A stretch of DNA of 34,677 bases from Bryobacterales bacterium (GTDB taxonomy: Bacteria > Acidobacteriota > Terriglobia > Bryobacterales > Bryobacteraceae): NCBI GenBank assembly GCA_003137035.1, contig PLEM01000495.1, positions 952 to 35,628 on the forward strand, in the 5' to 3' direction. The notes under the pieces are model-generated. The model did not search any database. It was given only the letters and a program-made list of their open reading frames with translations, and was not told the origin of the DNA. Below are positions 9,392 to 18,298 of this stretch, piece after piece (position 1 is the first letter of the stretch; the number at the start of each line of letters is the position of its first letter). The translations under genes and the position numbers were made by a program.

Positions 9392-9592
9392 ATCTTCCAG
9401 GATACCCTTGGCGGGGGGCTGGCCGGGGCGGCGGACTCGCCGGAACCATCCAGCCGCCCGCAAAAGAGGGCGCAGCGCCCCCTCCAAATAGACCGCCCAA
9501 CCAGGCGGGAAATTGAGTAGGATGCCATTGGGATTGCAAGGATTCGTGGGGGAGGATGGATTCCTCTCCTTCGATACTGCCGATAAGGGCCA

Positions 9593-9943
9593 GTGGTAGA
9601 TCCAATGGTAACGACGCGTCCAGGCCTGCGGCGTCGCCCGCAGTCTCCGGATCTGGCCTCGGTCCGAGAGGCGAAGGGGATCTCGCTCCAGCAGATCTCC
9701 GAGGTTACGAAGATCTCGGTGCGCTATCTCGAGGCTATCGAGACGTCGCAGTACGAGCGCTTGCCCGGCGGGGTATTCAGGACCAGCTATATCCGCCAAT
9801 ACGCGCGAGCGATCGAGTGGGACGAATGGGATCTGCTGGCTTCCTACGATTCGACCATCCCACCGGAACCCATGGAGCCGCCCCCGCCACGCGGCCTTTT
9901 GGGCACGGTGCTGCGTCTGCTGGCGCCGGACAAGCGGGGCTAA
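9593..9943 (+). CDS. helix-turn-helix protein (RodZ N-terminal-like, HTH_25)
   Basis: [45 protein letters not shown] matches the RodZ-type HTH. The start is uncertain: GTG at 9593 or ATG at 9605. Confidence 0.65.
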   Translation: MVDPMVTTRPGLRRRPQSPDLASVREAKGISLQQISEVTKISVRYLEAIETSQYERLPGGVFRTSYIRQYARAIEWDEWDLLASYDSTIPPEPMEPPPPRGLLGTVLRLLAPDKRG

Positions 9944-10104
9944 CCCCAACACTGTTCACTTTGTCTTCGTGGGGCGGACCTCCCGGTCCGCGGGCCGACG
10001 TCCACGCCGGCCCAAGTCCGACCCACCAAGCCATCTTTGCCGGAACGGTATGGGCGCGCAAGGCGTCTGATAGGCTAGAAAAGGCGAGGAGCGCGGCTGC
10101 GACG

Positions 10105-10818
10105 GTGCATATCAAGGTCTTGTTTTTCGGGATGTTAAGGGATGTCGTGGGACGGGCGGAGGAGGAACTGGAGCTCGGCCCGGGCGCGCGGGTGGGAAGC
10201 GTCTTCGAGCACTACGCGCGAGAGTTTCCGCGGCTCCGGGAGATGGAGCGCAGCGTCGCGCTGGCGCGGAACCAGCGGTTCTCGGCGAGTTCGGAGGAAC
10301 TCGGCGACGGGGATGAGATTGCGCTGTTGCCGCCGGTGAGCGGGGGGGCGAGCCGCTACACCCACGCAATCGAGAATCGGGCGGGCCTGTTCGCGCTGAC
10401 GCGCGAGCCGATTGACGCCCGCGAACTCGCGGCGCGCCTCCCGCGGGGCGAGGACGGCGCCCTGGTGACCTTCGAAGGCATCGTGCGCAACAACACGAAC
10501 GGGCGCGCCACGTTGTACCTGGACTATGAGTGCTACGAGCCCATGGCGGTCGAGGTGATGGCGGAGATCGGTGGCGACATCGCGCGGGAACACGCGATCG
10601 GGGGCCTGGCCATGGTCCACCGGCTGGGGCGGCTCCAGATCGGCGAGACCAGCGTGGCGATCCTGGTGGCCGCTCCGCACCGCCAGGCGGCGTTCGAGGC
10701 GGCGCTGGAAGGCATTAACCGGCTCAAGCGGACCGTGCCGATTTGGAAGAAGGAGTATTTCGCGGACGGCGAGGCCTGGGTGGAAGGGGAGTGGGACAGA
10801 TCGGTGAGGGAACGATGA
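10105..10818 (+). CDS. moaDE: fused molybdopterin synthase MoaD-MoaE (MoaX-like)
   Basis: GTG at 10105. The N-terminal 81 aa are MoaD-like and end in the diagnostic ..LLPPVSGG. They are followed in frame by MoaE: GALVTFEGIVRN, YECYEPMA, HRLGRLQIGETSV, TVPIWKKEYF. Confidence 0.8.
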   Translation: MHIKVLFFGMLRDVVGRAEEELELGPGARVGSVFEHYAREFPRLREMERSVALARNQRFSASSEELGDGDEIALLPPVSGGASRYTHAIENRAGLFALTREPIDARELAARLPRGEDGALVTFEGIVRNNTNGRATLYLDYECYEPMAVEVMAEIGGDIAREHAIGGLAMVHRLGRLQIGETSVAILVAAPHRQAAFEAALEGINRLKRTVPIWKKEYFADGEAWVEGEWDRSVRER

Positions 10819-11747
10819 ACTGGCGGCGCGTGCTGGCGGTTGCGATCCTGGCGGCGAGCGCTTGCGCACTCCTTTCGCAGGAGACTGTATTTCGGGTCGA
10901 CGTGCGGTTGGTGCATATTCTGGCCACCGTGAAGAACGATTCGGGCCAGTTGGTCGGCGATCTGCAGAAAAGCGAGTTTGCGGTGTTCGACAACGGCGTG
11001 CCGCAGAACCTGGCCGTCTTCGAGCACCACACCGAGCAGCCGCTTTCGATCACCCTGATGATCGACACCAGCGCCTCGACGGGGATCGACCTGCGCTACG
11101 AAACCGAGTCCGTGGACCGGTTTCTGCACGCGCTGTTCCGGGAGGGGAATCCGCAGGACGCGGTGAAGCTTTACAGCTTCAACTACGACACCACCTCGCT
11201 TTCCAGCTTCACGCGCCGGGCGGATCTGCTGGAACGTGCGCTGAAGGGATTGAAGTGCGACGGGGGCACCAGCCTGTACGACGCGCTGTGGTTCGCGGCT
11301 AGGAGCCTGGAAGACCGCGAGGGGCGGCACGTGGTGGTAGTGGTGACCGACGGCGGCGACACCACTAGCGTCCGGGACTTCCACCAGGCGCTGGAAGCGG
11401 CGCAGATGGCGGATGCCGTCATCTACCCGGTCCTGGTGGTGCCGATTACGAACGATCCGGGGCGAAACACCGGTGGCGAGCACGCACTCACCTCGCTGGC
11501 GAAGGGCACGGGCGGGCGCGTGTTCGAGCCCACCCTGGGCGAAGCGCTGGATCAGGCGTTCGCGGATCTTCTGCGGGAGCTGCGTACACAGTACCTGTTG
11601 GGCTACTACCCGAAAGGCGTGCCGCCGGGCAAAGACCGGTTCCACCGGCTGGAGGTCAAGGTGGGACGGCCGGATTTGCGGGTGCTGTCGCGAAGCGGGT
11701 ATTATGGGGAAGCCGAGCGGGCCAAGGGCTGGAAGCCGGCGCGGTGA
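10815..11747 (+). CDS. VWA domain protein, acidobacterial VWFA-related family (TIGR03436-like), secreted
   Basis: The ATG at 10815 overlaps the moaDE stop (ATGA). Signal peptide MNWRRVLAVAILAASACALLSQE. Family strings: FRVDVRLV, MIDTSAS (MIDAS), VVVVTDGGDT, QYLLGYYP. Confidence 0.8.
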   Translation: MNWRRVLAVAILAASACALLSQETVFRVDVRLVHILATVKNDSGQLVGDLQKSEFAVFDNGVPQNLAVFEHHTEQPLSITLMIDTSASTGIDLRYETESVDRFLHALFREGNPQDAVKLYSFNYDTTSLSSFTRRADLLERALKGLKCDGGTSLYDALWFAARSLEDREGRHVVVVVTDGGDTTSVRDFHQALEAAQMADAVIYPVLVVPITNDPGRNTGGEHALTSLAKGTGGRVFEPTLGEALDQAFADLLRELRTQYLLGYYPKGVPPGKDRFHRLEVKVGRPDLRVLSRSGYYGEAERAKGWKPAR

Positions 11748-11756
11748 GGAGCGCGA

Positions 11757-12062
11757 GTGAACCTCAAGGGCAATATCAAGGGCGGCGGCGAGCGGGGCGA
11801 TCCAAAGAAAAGGCCGGGCGGGGGAGGCAGACCACCGGACCAGGGCAACCGCTCTCGGGCCCCCGAGCAGACCTTCGAGGAAGTCCGCTACCTGAAGTAC
11901 CTGATTGAGAGCGAGGTCCCGGTCCGGGTGAAACTCCGCGACAATACGGAGGTTGCCGGGACTATCGAGTACTACGACCACTCCTTTATCCGCCTGACCC
12001 GGCACGACGCGCCAAACCTCTTCATTTTCAAGCACGACATCAAGTACTTGCACGAAGAATAG
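11757..12062 (+). CDS. hfq: Hfq-like Sm-fold RNA-binding protein with Gly/Arg/Pro-rich N-terminal extension
   Basis: GTG at 11757, 6 nt after GAGGAG. The core VPVRVKLRDNTEVAGTIEYYDHSFIRLTRHDAPNLFIFKHDIKYL parallels Hfq Sm1 and the Sm2 [YF]KHAI motif. Confidence 0.6.
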   Translation: MNLKGNIKGGGERGDPKKRPGGGGRPPDQGNRSRAPEQTFEEVRYLKYLIESEVPVRVKLRDNTEVAGTIEYYDHSFIRLTRHDAPNLFIFKHDIKYLHEE

Positions 12063-12239
12063 AGGCCGCCGCCGGTGCTGCACCCGCCAAGCGGGTCCGC
12101 TCCCTGGCGGTCGCGGTTCGGTGCTGCGACGCGACCCTCGGCAGCGAACCGTGACTGTGAGGAAGCTGACCCGAGCGCAGCGCGGAAGACACCGGCCTCC
12201 CGCAAACCGCAGCCGAAGGAGTGTGAGAAGATCGGGTGA

Positions 12240-13061
12240 ATGCCATCCTACCTGGAAACCGCCATGGAAATCGCGCGCGAGTCCGGCGCGCTGCTGAGCA
12301 AGTATTTCGAGCGGCGGGTGAGTTTCGAGCTGAAGGGCGAGTACGACCTGGTGACCGAGGCGGACCGCGCTTCGGAGCGTCTGGTGGTGGACCGGCTGCT
12401 GACCTACTTCCCGGCGCACTCCATCGTGGCGGAGGAGGGCGGCGGGCGGCAGGGCTCCTCGGAGTACTGCTGGTACGTCGATCCGCTGGACGGCACCACG
12501 AATTTCGCCCACGGTTTTCCGGTCTTCAACGTCACGCTGGCGCTGGAACGCGCCGGAGAACTGGTGGCGGGCTGCATCTACGACCCGACCCGGGAGGAGA
12601 TGTTCGCGGCCGAGCTGGGGGTGGGCGCCTTCCTGAACAACCGGCGGATCCGGGTGTCCAAGGTGGGCAAGCTCGAGGAGACGCTGGTGGCCACGGGCTT
12701 CCCGAGCCGGCGGCGGCACCAGAACTTGAACGTGCACTTCTACTACCAGATGGGGATGTTGACGCACGGGGTGCGGCGGGCCGGATCGGCGGCGCTGGAC
12801 CTGGCCTATGTGGCCAGCGGGCGGCTGGACGCCTTCTGGGAGTTCGGTCTGAATCCTTGGGACATGGCGGCGGGCGTGCTTCTGGTGCGCGAGGCGGGCG
12901 GCCAGGTCACCGACATGCTCGGACAGCCGGCCTCGCTGCGCGGCCCGCATATCCTTGCCGACAACGGCCTGGTACACCAGGGCATGCTGGGCCTGTTCGG
13001 AGAAGTATTCTCCGGCCATGCCCGGGTACCCCTGCCTGAGGTGAGCCCGGCGCAGCGGTAA
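12240..13061 (+). CDS. suhB: inositol monophosphatase family protein
   Basis: Motifs LVTEADRASE, WYVDPLDGTTNF and a C-terminal WDMAAG. Confidence 0.85.
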   Translation: MPSYLETAMEIARESGALLSKYFERRVSFELKGEYDLVTEADRASERLVVDRLLTYFPAHSIVAEEGGGRQGSSEYCWYVDPLDGTTNFAHGFPVFNVTLALERAGELVAGCIYDPTREEMFAAELGVGAFLNNRRIRVSKVGKLEETLVATGFPSRRRHQNLNVHFYYQMGMLTHGVRRAGSAALDLAYVASGRLDAFWEFGLNPWDMAAGVLLVREAGGQVTDMLGQPASLRGPHILADNGLVHQGMLGLFGEVFSGHARVPLPEVSPAQR

Positions 13062-13127
13062 CCCGTTGGAATCACCCAGGAAACCTTTACTTTCGCCAGT
13101 GTAAGATGGTAGTCTGAGTGTCTCTCC

Positions 13128-14432
13128 ATGCGAACTGTTGACCTGATCCACCGAAAGCGCGAGGGCGAGGAGTTGAGCCCGCAGGAAATCGCCTGGCTCG
13201 TAGAGGGCTACACGCGAGGCGAGATCCCGGATTACCAGATGTCGGCGTTCCTGATGGCGGTGTATTACTCGGGAATGTCGGACCGCGAGGTCTCCACACT
13301 CACCGACTGCATGGTGCGGAGCGGCGAAACTGTGGATTTGTCCGCGATTCCCGGCCAGAAGGTGGATAAGCACTCGACGGGCGGGGTAGGGGACAAGACC
13401 AGCCTGATCTCAGCACCGCTGGCGGCCGCGGCCGGAGTGGTAATTCCCATGATTTCCGGACGGGGGCTCGGCCATACCGGGGGAACGCTCGACAAGCTCG
13501 AAGCCATTCCCGGCTTCCGCACGGACCTGACCGTCGAGGAGTTCCGCGCGCAACTGGCGAAGCTCGGACTGTGCTTCATCGGGCAGAGCGCGCAGGTGGC
13601 GCCGGCCGACGGGAAGCTGTACAGCCTGCGCGATGCCACGGCTACGGTGGAATCGATTCCGCTGATCGCCTCCTCGATCATGTCCAAGAAGATCGCCGAG
13701 GGTCTGGACGCGCTGGTGCTGGACGTGAAGGTGGGCTCGGGAGCGTTCATGAAGCGCCAGGTGGACGCCCGCCGGCTGGCCCAGATGATGGTGGGAATCG
13801 GCCGCCGGATGGACAAGCGGGTGCAGGCGCTGATCACCGATATGAGCCAGCCGCTGGGCTATGCCATCGGCAATGCGCTGGAGGTCATGGAAGTTTCGCA
13901 GACTTTGCAAAGTGCCGGGCCGAACGACCTGACGCGGCTGTCGCTGGAATTGGCGGCGCGCATGATCCACCTGGGCAAAGTCACCGAGACCATCGACGAA
14001 GCGCGGGAGTTGGCGCAACGCAAGCTGCTGGATGGTTCAGGCTACCGCAAGTTCAAGGAAGTCATCCAGGCGCAGGGCGGCAATCCAAACGTGCTGGACC
14101 GCTTCGACTTGCTGCCGAACGCCAGCGGCGCACGCGAAATTGCTTCGCCGCGCGCGGGCTTTGTCAGCCAGATCAAGGCCGAGGACATCGGGCTGGCCTC
14201 GTCGATGATCGGCGCGGGCCGCGACACCAAGGAAGCCGCTATCGATCCGGCGGTGGGGGTGATCCTGGAGGTCAAGGTCGGCGAGAAGGTAGAAGCCGGC
14301 GCGGTGTTGTGCCGCCTGTACTACACCAAGGAAGAACACCTCGAGGAAGCGGCGCAGCTTGTGGAGGACGCGTTCCGGATTTCCACGCACCCGCCCGAGG
14401 AACGCGAGCTGATTCTGGAAGTGGTGGGCTAG
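13128..14432 (+). CDS. deoA: thymidine / pyrimidine-nucleoside phosphorylase
   Basis: 434 aa. Strings: MRTVDLIHRKREGEELS, DKHSTGGVGDKTSL, ISGRGLGHTGGTLDKLE. Confidence 0.9.
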   Translation: MRTVDLIHRKREGEELSPQEIAWLVEGYTRGEIPDYQMSAFLMAVYYSGMSDREVSTLTDCMVRSGETVDLSAIPGQKVDKHSTGGVGDKTSLISAPLAAAAGVVIPMISGRGLGHTGGTLDKLEAIPGFRTDLTVEEFRAQLAKLGLCFIGQSAQVAPADGKLYSLRDATATVESIPLIASSIMSKKIAEGLDALVLDVKVGSGAFMKRQVDARRLAQMMVGIGRRMDKRVQALITDMSQPLGYAIGNALEVMEVSQTLQSAGPNDLTRLSLELAARMIHLGKVTETIDEARELAQRKLLDGSGYRKFKEVIQAQGGNPNVLDRFDLLPNASGAREIASPRAGFVSQIKAEDIGLASSMIGAGRDTKEAAIDPAVGVILEVKVGEKVEAGAVLCRLYYTKEEHLEEAAQLVEDAFRISTHPPEERELILEVVG

Positions 14433-14444
14433 TCGCCTTCCGCC

Positions 14445-15668
14445 ATGGGCCGCTTCACGGGCATCCTTGGACTGCTCGCCATCCTGGGAGTGGCCTTCCT
14501 GTTCTCAAGCAACCGCCGGGCCATCCGGCCTCGAGTGCTGCTGTGGGGCCTGGGGCTGCAACTGGGCTTCGCCTTCCTGGTGCTCAAGACCGGGTTTGGG
14601 TGGTTCTTCGAGAAGGCCTCGGTCGCGGTGAACGCCATGCTGGGCTTCGCCGAGGCGGGCAGCGAATTCGTGTTCGGGCCGCTGGGCGTCAAGACCGGGG
14701 CGGTTGGGGTGGTGTTCGCCTTCCAGGTGCTGCCCATCGTCATCTTCATCGCGTCGTTCTTCGCCATCCTCTACTACCTGGGCGTAATGCAGTGGGTCAT
14801 CAAGGGGATGGCCATCGTGATGCAGAGAACGATGGGGGGCAGCGGGGCCGAATCCACCAACGTCGCGGCCAGCATCTTCATGGGACAGACCGAAGCGCCG
14901 CTGACCATCCGTCCATTCCTGCCCAAGCTCACCCAATCCGAGCTGTTCACGGTGATGACTTGCGGCATGGCGCACGTCTCGGGCGCGGTGATGGCCGCCT
15001 ACGTCAAAATCGCCGGGGTCGACATCAAGCACCTGCTGACGGCGGTGATCATGACGGCGCCGGCCACCATCATGCTGGCCAAGATCCTCATGCCCGAGGT
15101 GGAGCAGCCGGAGACGGCGGGCAAGGTCGAGATTCACGTGGAGAAGCCCGGGGTCAACATTATCGACGCGGCGGCGCGCGGGGCGGGGGACGGCGTGCAC
15201 CTTGCCATTAACATCGCGGGGATGCTGATCGCGTTCATCGCGCTGATCGCCTTGGTGAACGGGGTTCTGGGTTGGGCGCACTCGCTGCCGCATATGGGAT
15301 GGCTGCCGCCGTCGTTGCAGCTCATCTTCGGCTACGTGTTCGCGCCGGTGGCCTGGCTGCTGGGCGTGAGCTGGAAAGACGCGATGGCAATCGGCAACCT
15401 GCTGGGGACCCGGCTGGCGCTCAACGAGTTCGTGGCGTTCATCGATTTGGGGAAGATCAAGACGCTGCTGGACCCGCGATCGTTCACCATCGCCACTTAC
15501 GCGCTGTGTGGATTCGCCAATTTCAGCTCGATCGCTATTCAGATCGGCGGCATCGGGGCGCTGGCGCCGACCCGCAAGTCCGACTTGGCGCGGATGGGGC
15601 TGAAAGCGGTGGCGGCCGGAACCATGGCGAATTTCATGTCCGCCTGCATTGCGGGGATGCTGCTGTGA
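14445..15668 (+). CDS. nupC: NupC/NupG family concentrative nucleoside transporter
   Basis: 407 aa polytopic protein with GSEFVFGPLG and the C-terminal CNT region (ALCGFANFSSIAIQIGG). Confidence 0.85.
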   Translation: MGRFTGILGLLAILGVAFLFSSNRRAIRPRVLLWGLGLQLGFAFLVLKTGFGWFFEKASVAVNAMLGFAEAGSEFVFGPLGVKTGAVGVVFAFQVLPIVIFIASFFAILYYLGVMQWVIKGMAIVMQRTMGGSGAESTNVAASIFMGQTEAPLTIRPFLPKLTQSELFTVMTCGMAHVSGAVMAAYVKIAGVDIKHLLTAVIMTAPATIMLAKILMPEVEQPETAGKVEIHVEKPGVNIIDAAARGAGDGVHLAINIAGMLIAFIALIALVNGVLGWAHSLPHMGWLPPSLQLIFGYVFAPVAWLLGVSWKDAMAIGNLLGTRLALNEFVAFIDLGKIKTLLDPRSFTIATYALCGFANFSSIAIQIGGIGALAPTRKSDLARMGLKAVAAGTMANFMSACIAGMLL

Positions 15669-16480
15669 AGTGGGTAGCCGAGGCGCTCCAGTACCTTGAG
15701 AAGCAGGTTGGGGCCCGGCCTCGCGTTGCGGTGGTGCTGGGCAGCGGGCTGGGCGCGTTTGCCGAAGAGCTGAGCGGCAGCGTCGACATTCCCTACGCCG
15801 CGATTCCGCACTGGCCATGTTCGACCGCCATCGGGCACGCCGGGAAGCTGGTGTTCGGGCGATTGGGCGAGACCGATGTCGCGGTAATGGCCGGGCGGGT
15901 GCATCTCTACGAGGGCTACTCGCAGCAGCAGGTCGTGTTCGGCGTGCGCGTACTGGCCCGCTTCGGCGTGCGCGTGTTCGTGTTCACCAACGCGGCGGGC
16001 GGCATCAACCCGTCCTACGGGCGCGGCGGGCTGGTGCTGATCTCGGATCACATCAATCTGCAAGGCTCGAACCCGCTGGTTGGGCCGAACGACGATTCGC
16101 TCGGGCCGCGTTTCCCGGACATGTCGGAGGCCTATTCCGCCGGACTCCGCAAGCTGGCGAAAGAGGTAGCGGGCGAACTGGGCATCCCGCTCGGCGAGGG
16201 CGTATACGCGGCGTTGCTGGGGCCGAGCTACGAGACGCCGGCGGAGATCCGCTACTTGCGGGCCATCGGCGCGGACCTGGTGGGCATGTCCACGGCGCCG
16301 GAAACGATTGCGGCGAACCACCTGGGCGCGCGGGCGCTGGCGATTTCCTGCGTCACCAACATGGCCGCCGGCATCCTGCCGCAGAAGATCACGCACACCG
16401 AGGTGCTGGAGACCGGCGAGATGGTGCGCGGCACGCTGATCAGGTTCCTGAAAGCTCTGCTGCCCCGCATCGAGGTGTGA
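15665..16480 (+). CDS. punA: purine nucleoside phosphorylase (trimeric PNP-I type)
   Basis: The GTG at 15665 overlaps the nupC stop (GTGA). Strings: VVLGSGLG, GRVHLYEG, FTNAAGGIN, GPSYETPAEIR, VGMSTAPE. Confidence 0.85.
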   Translation: MKWVAEALQYLEKQVGARPRVAVVLGSGLGAFAEELSGSVDIPYAAIPHWPCSTAIGHAGKLVFGRLGETDVAVMAGRVHLYEGYSQQQVVFGVRVLARFGVRVFVFTNAAGGINPSYGRGGLVLISDHINLQGSNPLVGPNDDSLGPRFPDMSEAYSAGLRKLAKEVAGELGIPLGEGVYAALLGPSYETPAEIRYLRAIGADLVGMSTAPETIAANHLGARALAISCVTNMAAGILPQKITHTEVLETGEMVRGTLIRFLKALLPRIEV

Positions 16481-16481
16481 T

Positions 16482-16868
16482 ATGGACCCTCTGCTCGAAG
16501 CGGCGCTAAGCGCACGGGAGCACGCTCACGCGCCGTTCTCGCACTTCAAGGTAGGCGCGGCGTTGCAGGACGACGCAGGCCGCGTGTACACCGGCTGCAA
16601 CGTGGAGAACGCGACCTACGGGCTCACGGTGTGCGCCGAGCGCGTGGCGGTGTTCAAAGCGATCTCGGAGGGCGCCCGCAAGTTCACGCGTGTGGCGGTG
16701 GCGGCCGATACCGGCACGCTTACGCCTCCCTGCGGCGCCTGCCGCCAGATCCTGTGGGAGTTCTGCGGGGACATCGAGGTGCTTCTGGTCAACCTCGAGG
16801 GCCGAACCGAAAGCTTCCGCATGAAGGACCTTTTCCCGAGGCCATTCGATGCTACGTTTTTGGATTAG
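16482..16868 (+). CDS. cdd: cytidine deaminase
   Basis: 128 aa with the zinc motifs CAERVA and PCGACRQ. Confidence 0.9.
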   Translation: MDPLLEAALSAREHAHAPFSHFKVGAALQDDAGRVYTGCNVENATYGLTVCAERVAVFKAISEGARKFTRVAVAADTGTLTPPCGACRQILWEFCGDIEVLLVNLEGRTESFRMKDLFPRPFDATFLD

Positions 16869-18222
16869 CCTCTGCCTGCTGGTCTCCGCCGCCTGGGCGG
16901 AGCCCGCCGATTGGATCTGGAGCGCACGCTACGTGGTCACCATGGACGCCGGGCGGCGCGTGATCCCGAACGGCGCGGTGGCGATCCGCGGGGAGCGCAT
17001 CGTCGCGGTGGGAACGCGCGCCGAGATCGACCGGCGCTTCCAGGCCCGCGAGCGCCTGGACCGCCCCGAGTCGCTCATCGCCCCCGGGCTGGTCAATACC
17101 CACGCGCACGCCGCGATGTCGCTGTTCCGAGGCATCGCCGACGACCTGCGCCTCCAGGAGTGGCTCGAGAAATACATCTTTCCCGCCGAAGCGCGCAACG
17201 TGTCGCCGGAGTTCGTGCGCTGGGGCACGCGGCTGGCGTGTCTGGAGATGCTGCTCTCCGGGACCACCACCTACACCGACATGTATTACTTCGAGGACGT
17301 GGTGGCCGAGGCGACCAGGGAGGCCGGCCTGCGCGGTGTGCTGGGCGAGACCATCATCGGCTTTCCGGCGCCGGACGCGAAAACGCCCGCCGACGCGCTG
17401 CGGTTCGCCGAGCGCTACATCCAGCGCTTCCGCAACGATCCGCTGATCGTCCCGGCGGTGGCGCCGCACGCGCTCTACACCAATTCCGAGGAGACGCTGC
17501 GGGCCTGCCGGCGGCTCGCGAACCGCTACGGCGTCCCGCTGCTGACCCACGTCTCCGAAACCCGACGCGAGCGCGACGACGCCCTGGCGAAGTGGAACAA
17601 GACGCCGGTCGCGGTGCTGAATTCCTTCGGCGTGTTCGACGGACGCACGGTAGCCGCGCACGCGGTGTGGGTGGACGATGCGGACCTGGCGATTCTCAAG
17701 GCGCGCGGCGTGGGAGTGGCGCATTGCCCGTCGAGCAACATGAAACTGGCCAGCGGCGTCGCTCCGGTGGTGAAGATGCTGGCGCTGGGCCTCTCCGTTG
17801 GACTCGGCACCGACGGGCCGGCGGGCAGCAACAACGATTTCGACCTGATGGAGGAGATGGACCTGGCCGCCAAGCTCCAGAAGGTGACCAGCGGAGATCC
17901 ACAAGCTCTGCCCGCGACCCAGGCCGTCGAGATGGCGACTATTCTGGGCGCCCGGGCGCTGGGCCTCGAAAAGGAGATCGGGTCGCTCGAGAACGGCAAG
18001 CGCGCCGACCTGATCACGGTGCGCCTGGACCGGCCCAACGCCGTCCCGCTCTACGGCGTTTACTCGCAGATGGTGTACGCGCTGAAGGGGTGCGACATCC
18101 GCGACGCCATGGTGAACGGACGCATTCTGCTGCGCGACCGCCAGCCGCTCACCCTGAACGCGGCCGAGATTCTGGCCAAGGCCGAAGAGTTCGGCGCCAA
18201 GGTGCGGGAGTCGCTGAAGTAG
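16849..18222 (+). CDS. amidohydrolase of the MtaD / TRZ-ATZ nucleoside-base deaminase family, with N-terminal signal-like peptide
   Basis: Strings: GLVNTHAHAAMSLFRG, PHALYT, LTHVSET, GTDGPAGSNN. The N-terminus MLRFWISLCLLVSAAWA-EP looks like a Sec signal. It overlaps cdd by 20 nt. Confidence 0.8.
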   Translation: MLRFWISLCLLVSAAWAEPADWIWSARYVVTMDAGRRVIPNGAVAIRGERIVAVGTRAEIDRRFQARERLDRPESLIAPGLVNTHAHAAMSLFRGIADDLRLQEWLEKYIFPAEARNVSPEFVRWGTRLACLEMLLSGTTTYTDMYYFEDVVAEATREAGLRGVLGETIIGFPAPDAKTPADALRFAERYIQRFRNDPLIVPAVAPHALYTNSEETLRACRRLANRYGVPLLTHVSETRRERDDALAKWNKTPVAVLNSFGVFDGRTVAAHAVWVDDADLAILKARGVGVAHCPSSNMKLASGVAPVVKMLALGLSVGLGTDGPAGSNNDFDLMEEMDLAAKLQKVTSGDPQALPATQAVEMATILGARALGLEKEIGSLENGKRADLITVRLDRPNAVPLYGVYSQMVYALKGCDIRDAMVNGRILLRDRQPLTLNAAEILAKAEEFGAKVRESLK

Positions 18223-18298
18223 CGCGGCGGTTCAAGCCAAAAGGACCCGAATCTCGGCGCGCTTGACCGGGGAGGGCGGGTCTGGGACATTAACTGAC

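Noticed and set aside
9556-10104. N-terminal 183 codons of listed ORF 9556..10818
   Set aside because: They overlap the HTH gene in another frame and cross the structured leader. MoaD homology begins exactly at the GTG at 10105 (VHIKVLFFG..).
10533-13373. 946-aa minus-strand ORF
   Set aside because: It runs antisense across five well-supported plus-strand genes (moaDE, VWFA, hfq-like, suhB, deoA). It is a shadow ORF.
13571-16509. Long alternative-frame ORFs: 13571..15211 +, 14505..15818 -, 15272..15664 +, 15817..16509 +, 15539..16396 -
   Set aside because: They overlap deoA, nupC and punA, which have strong family motifs. Their translations are Arg/Gly/Pro-rich with no recognisable domains.
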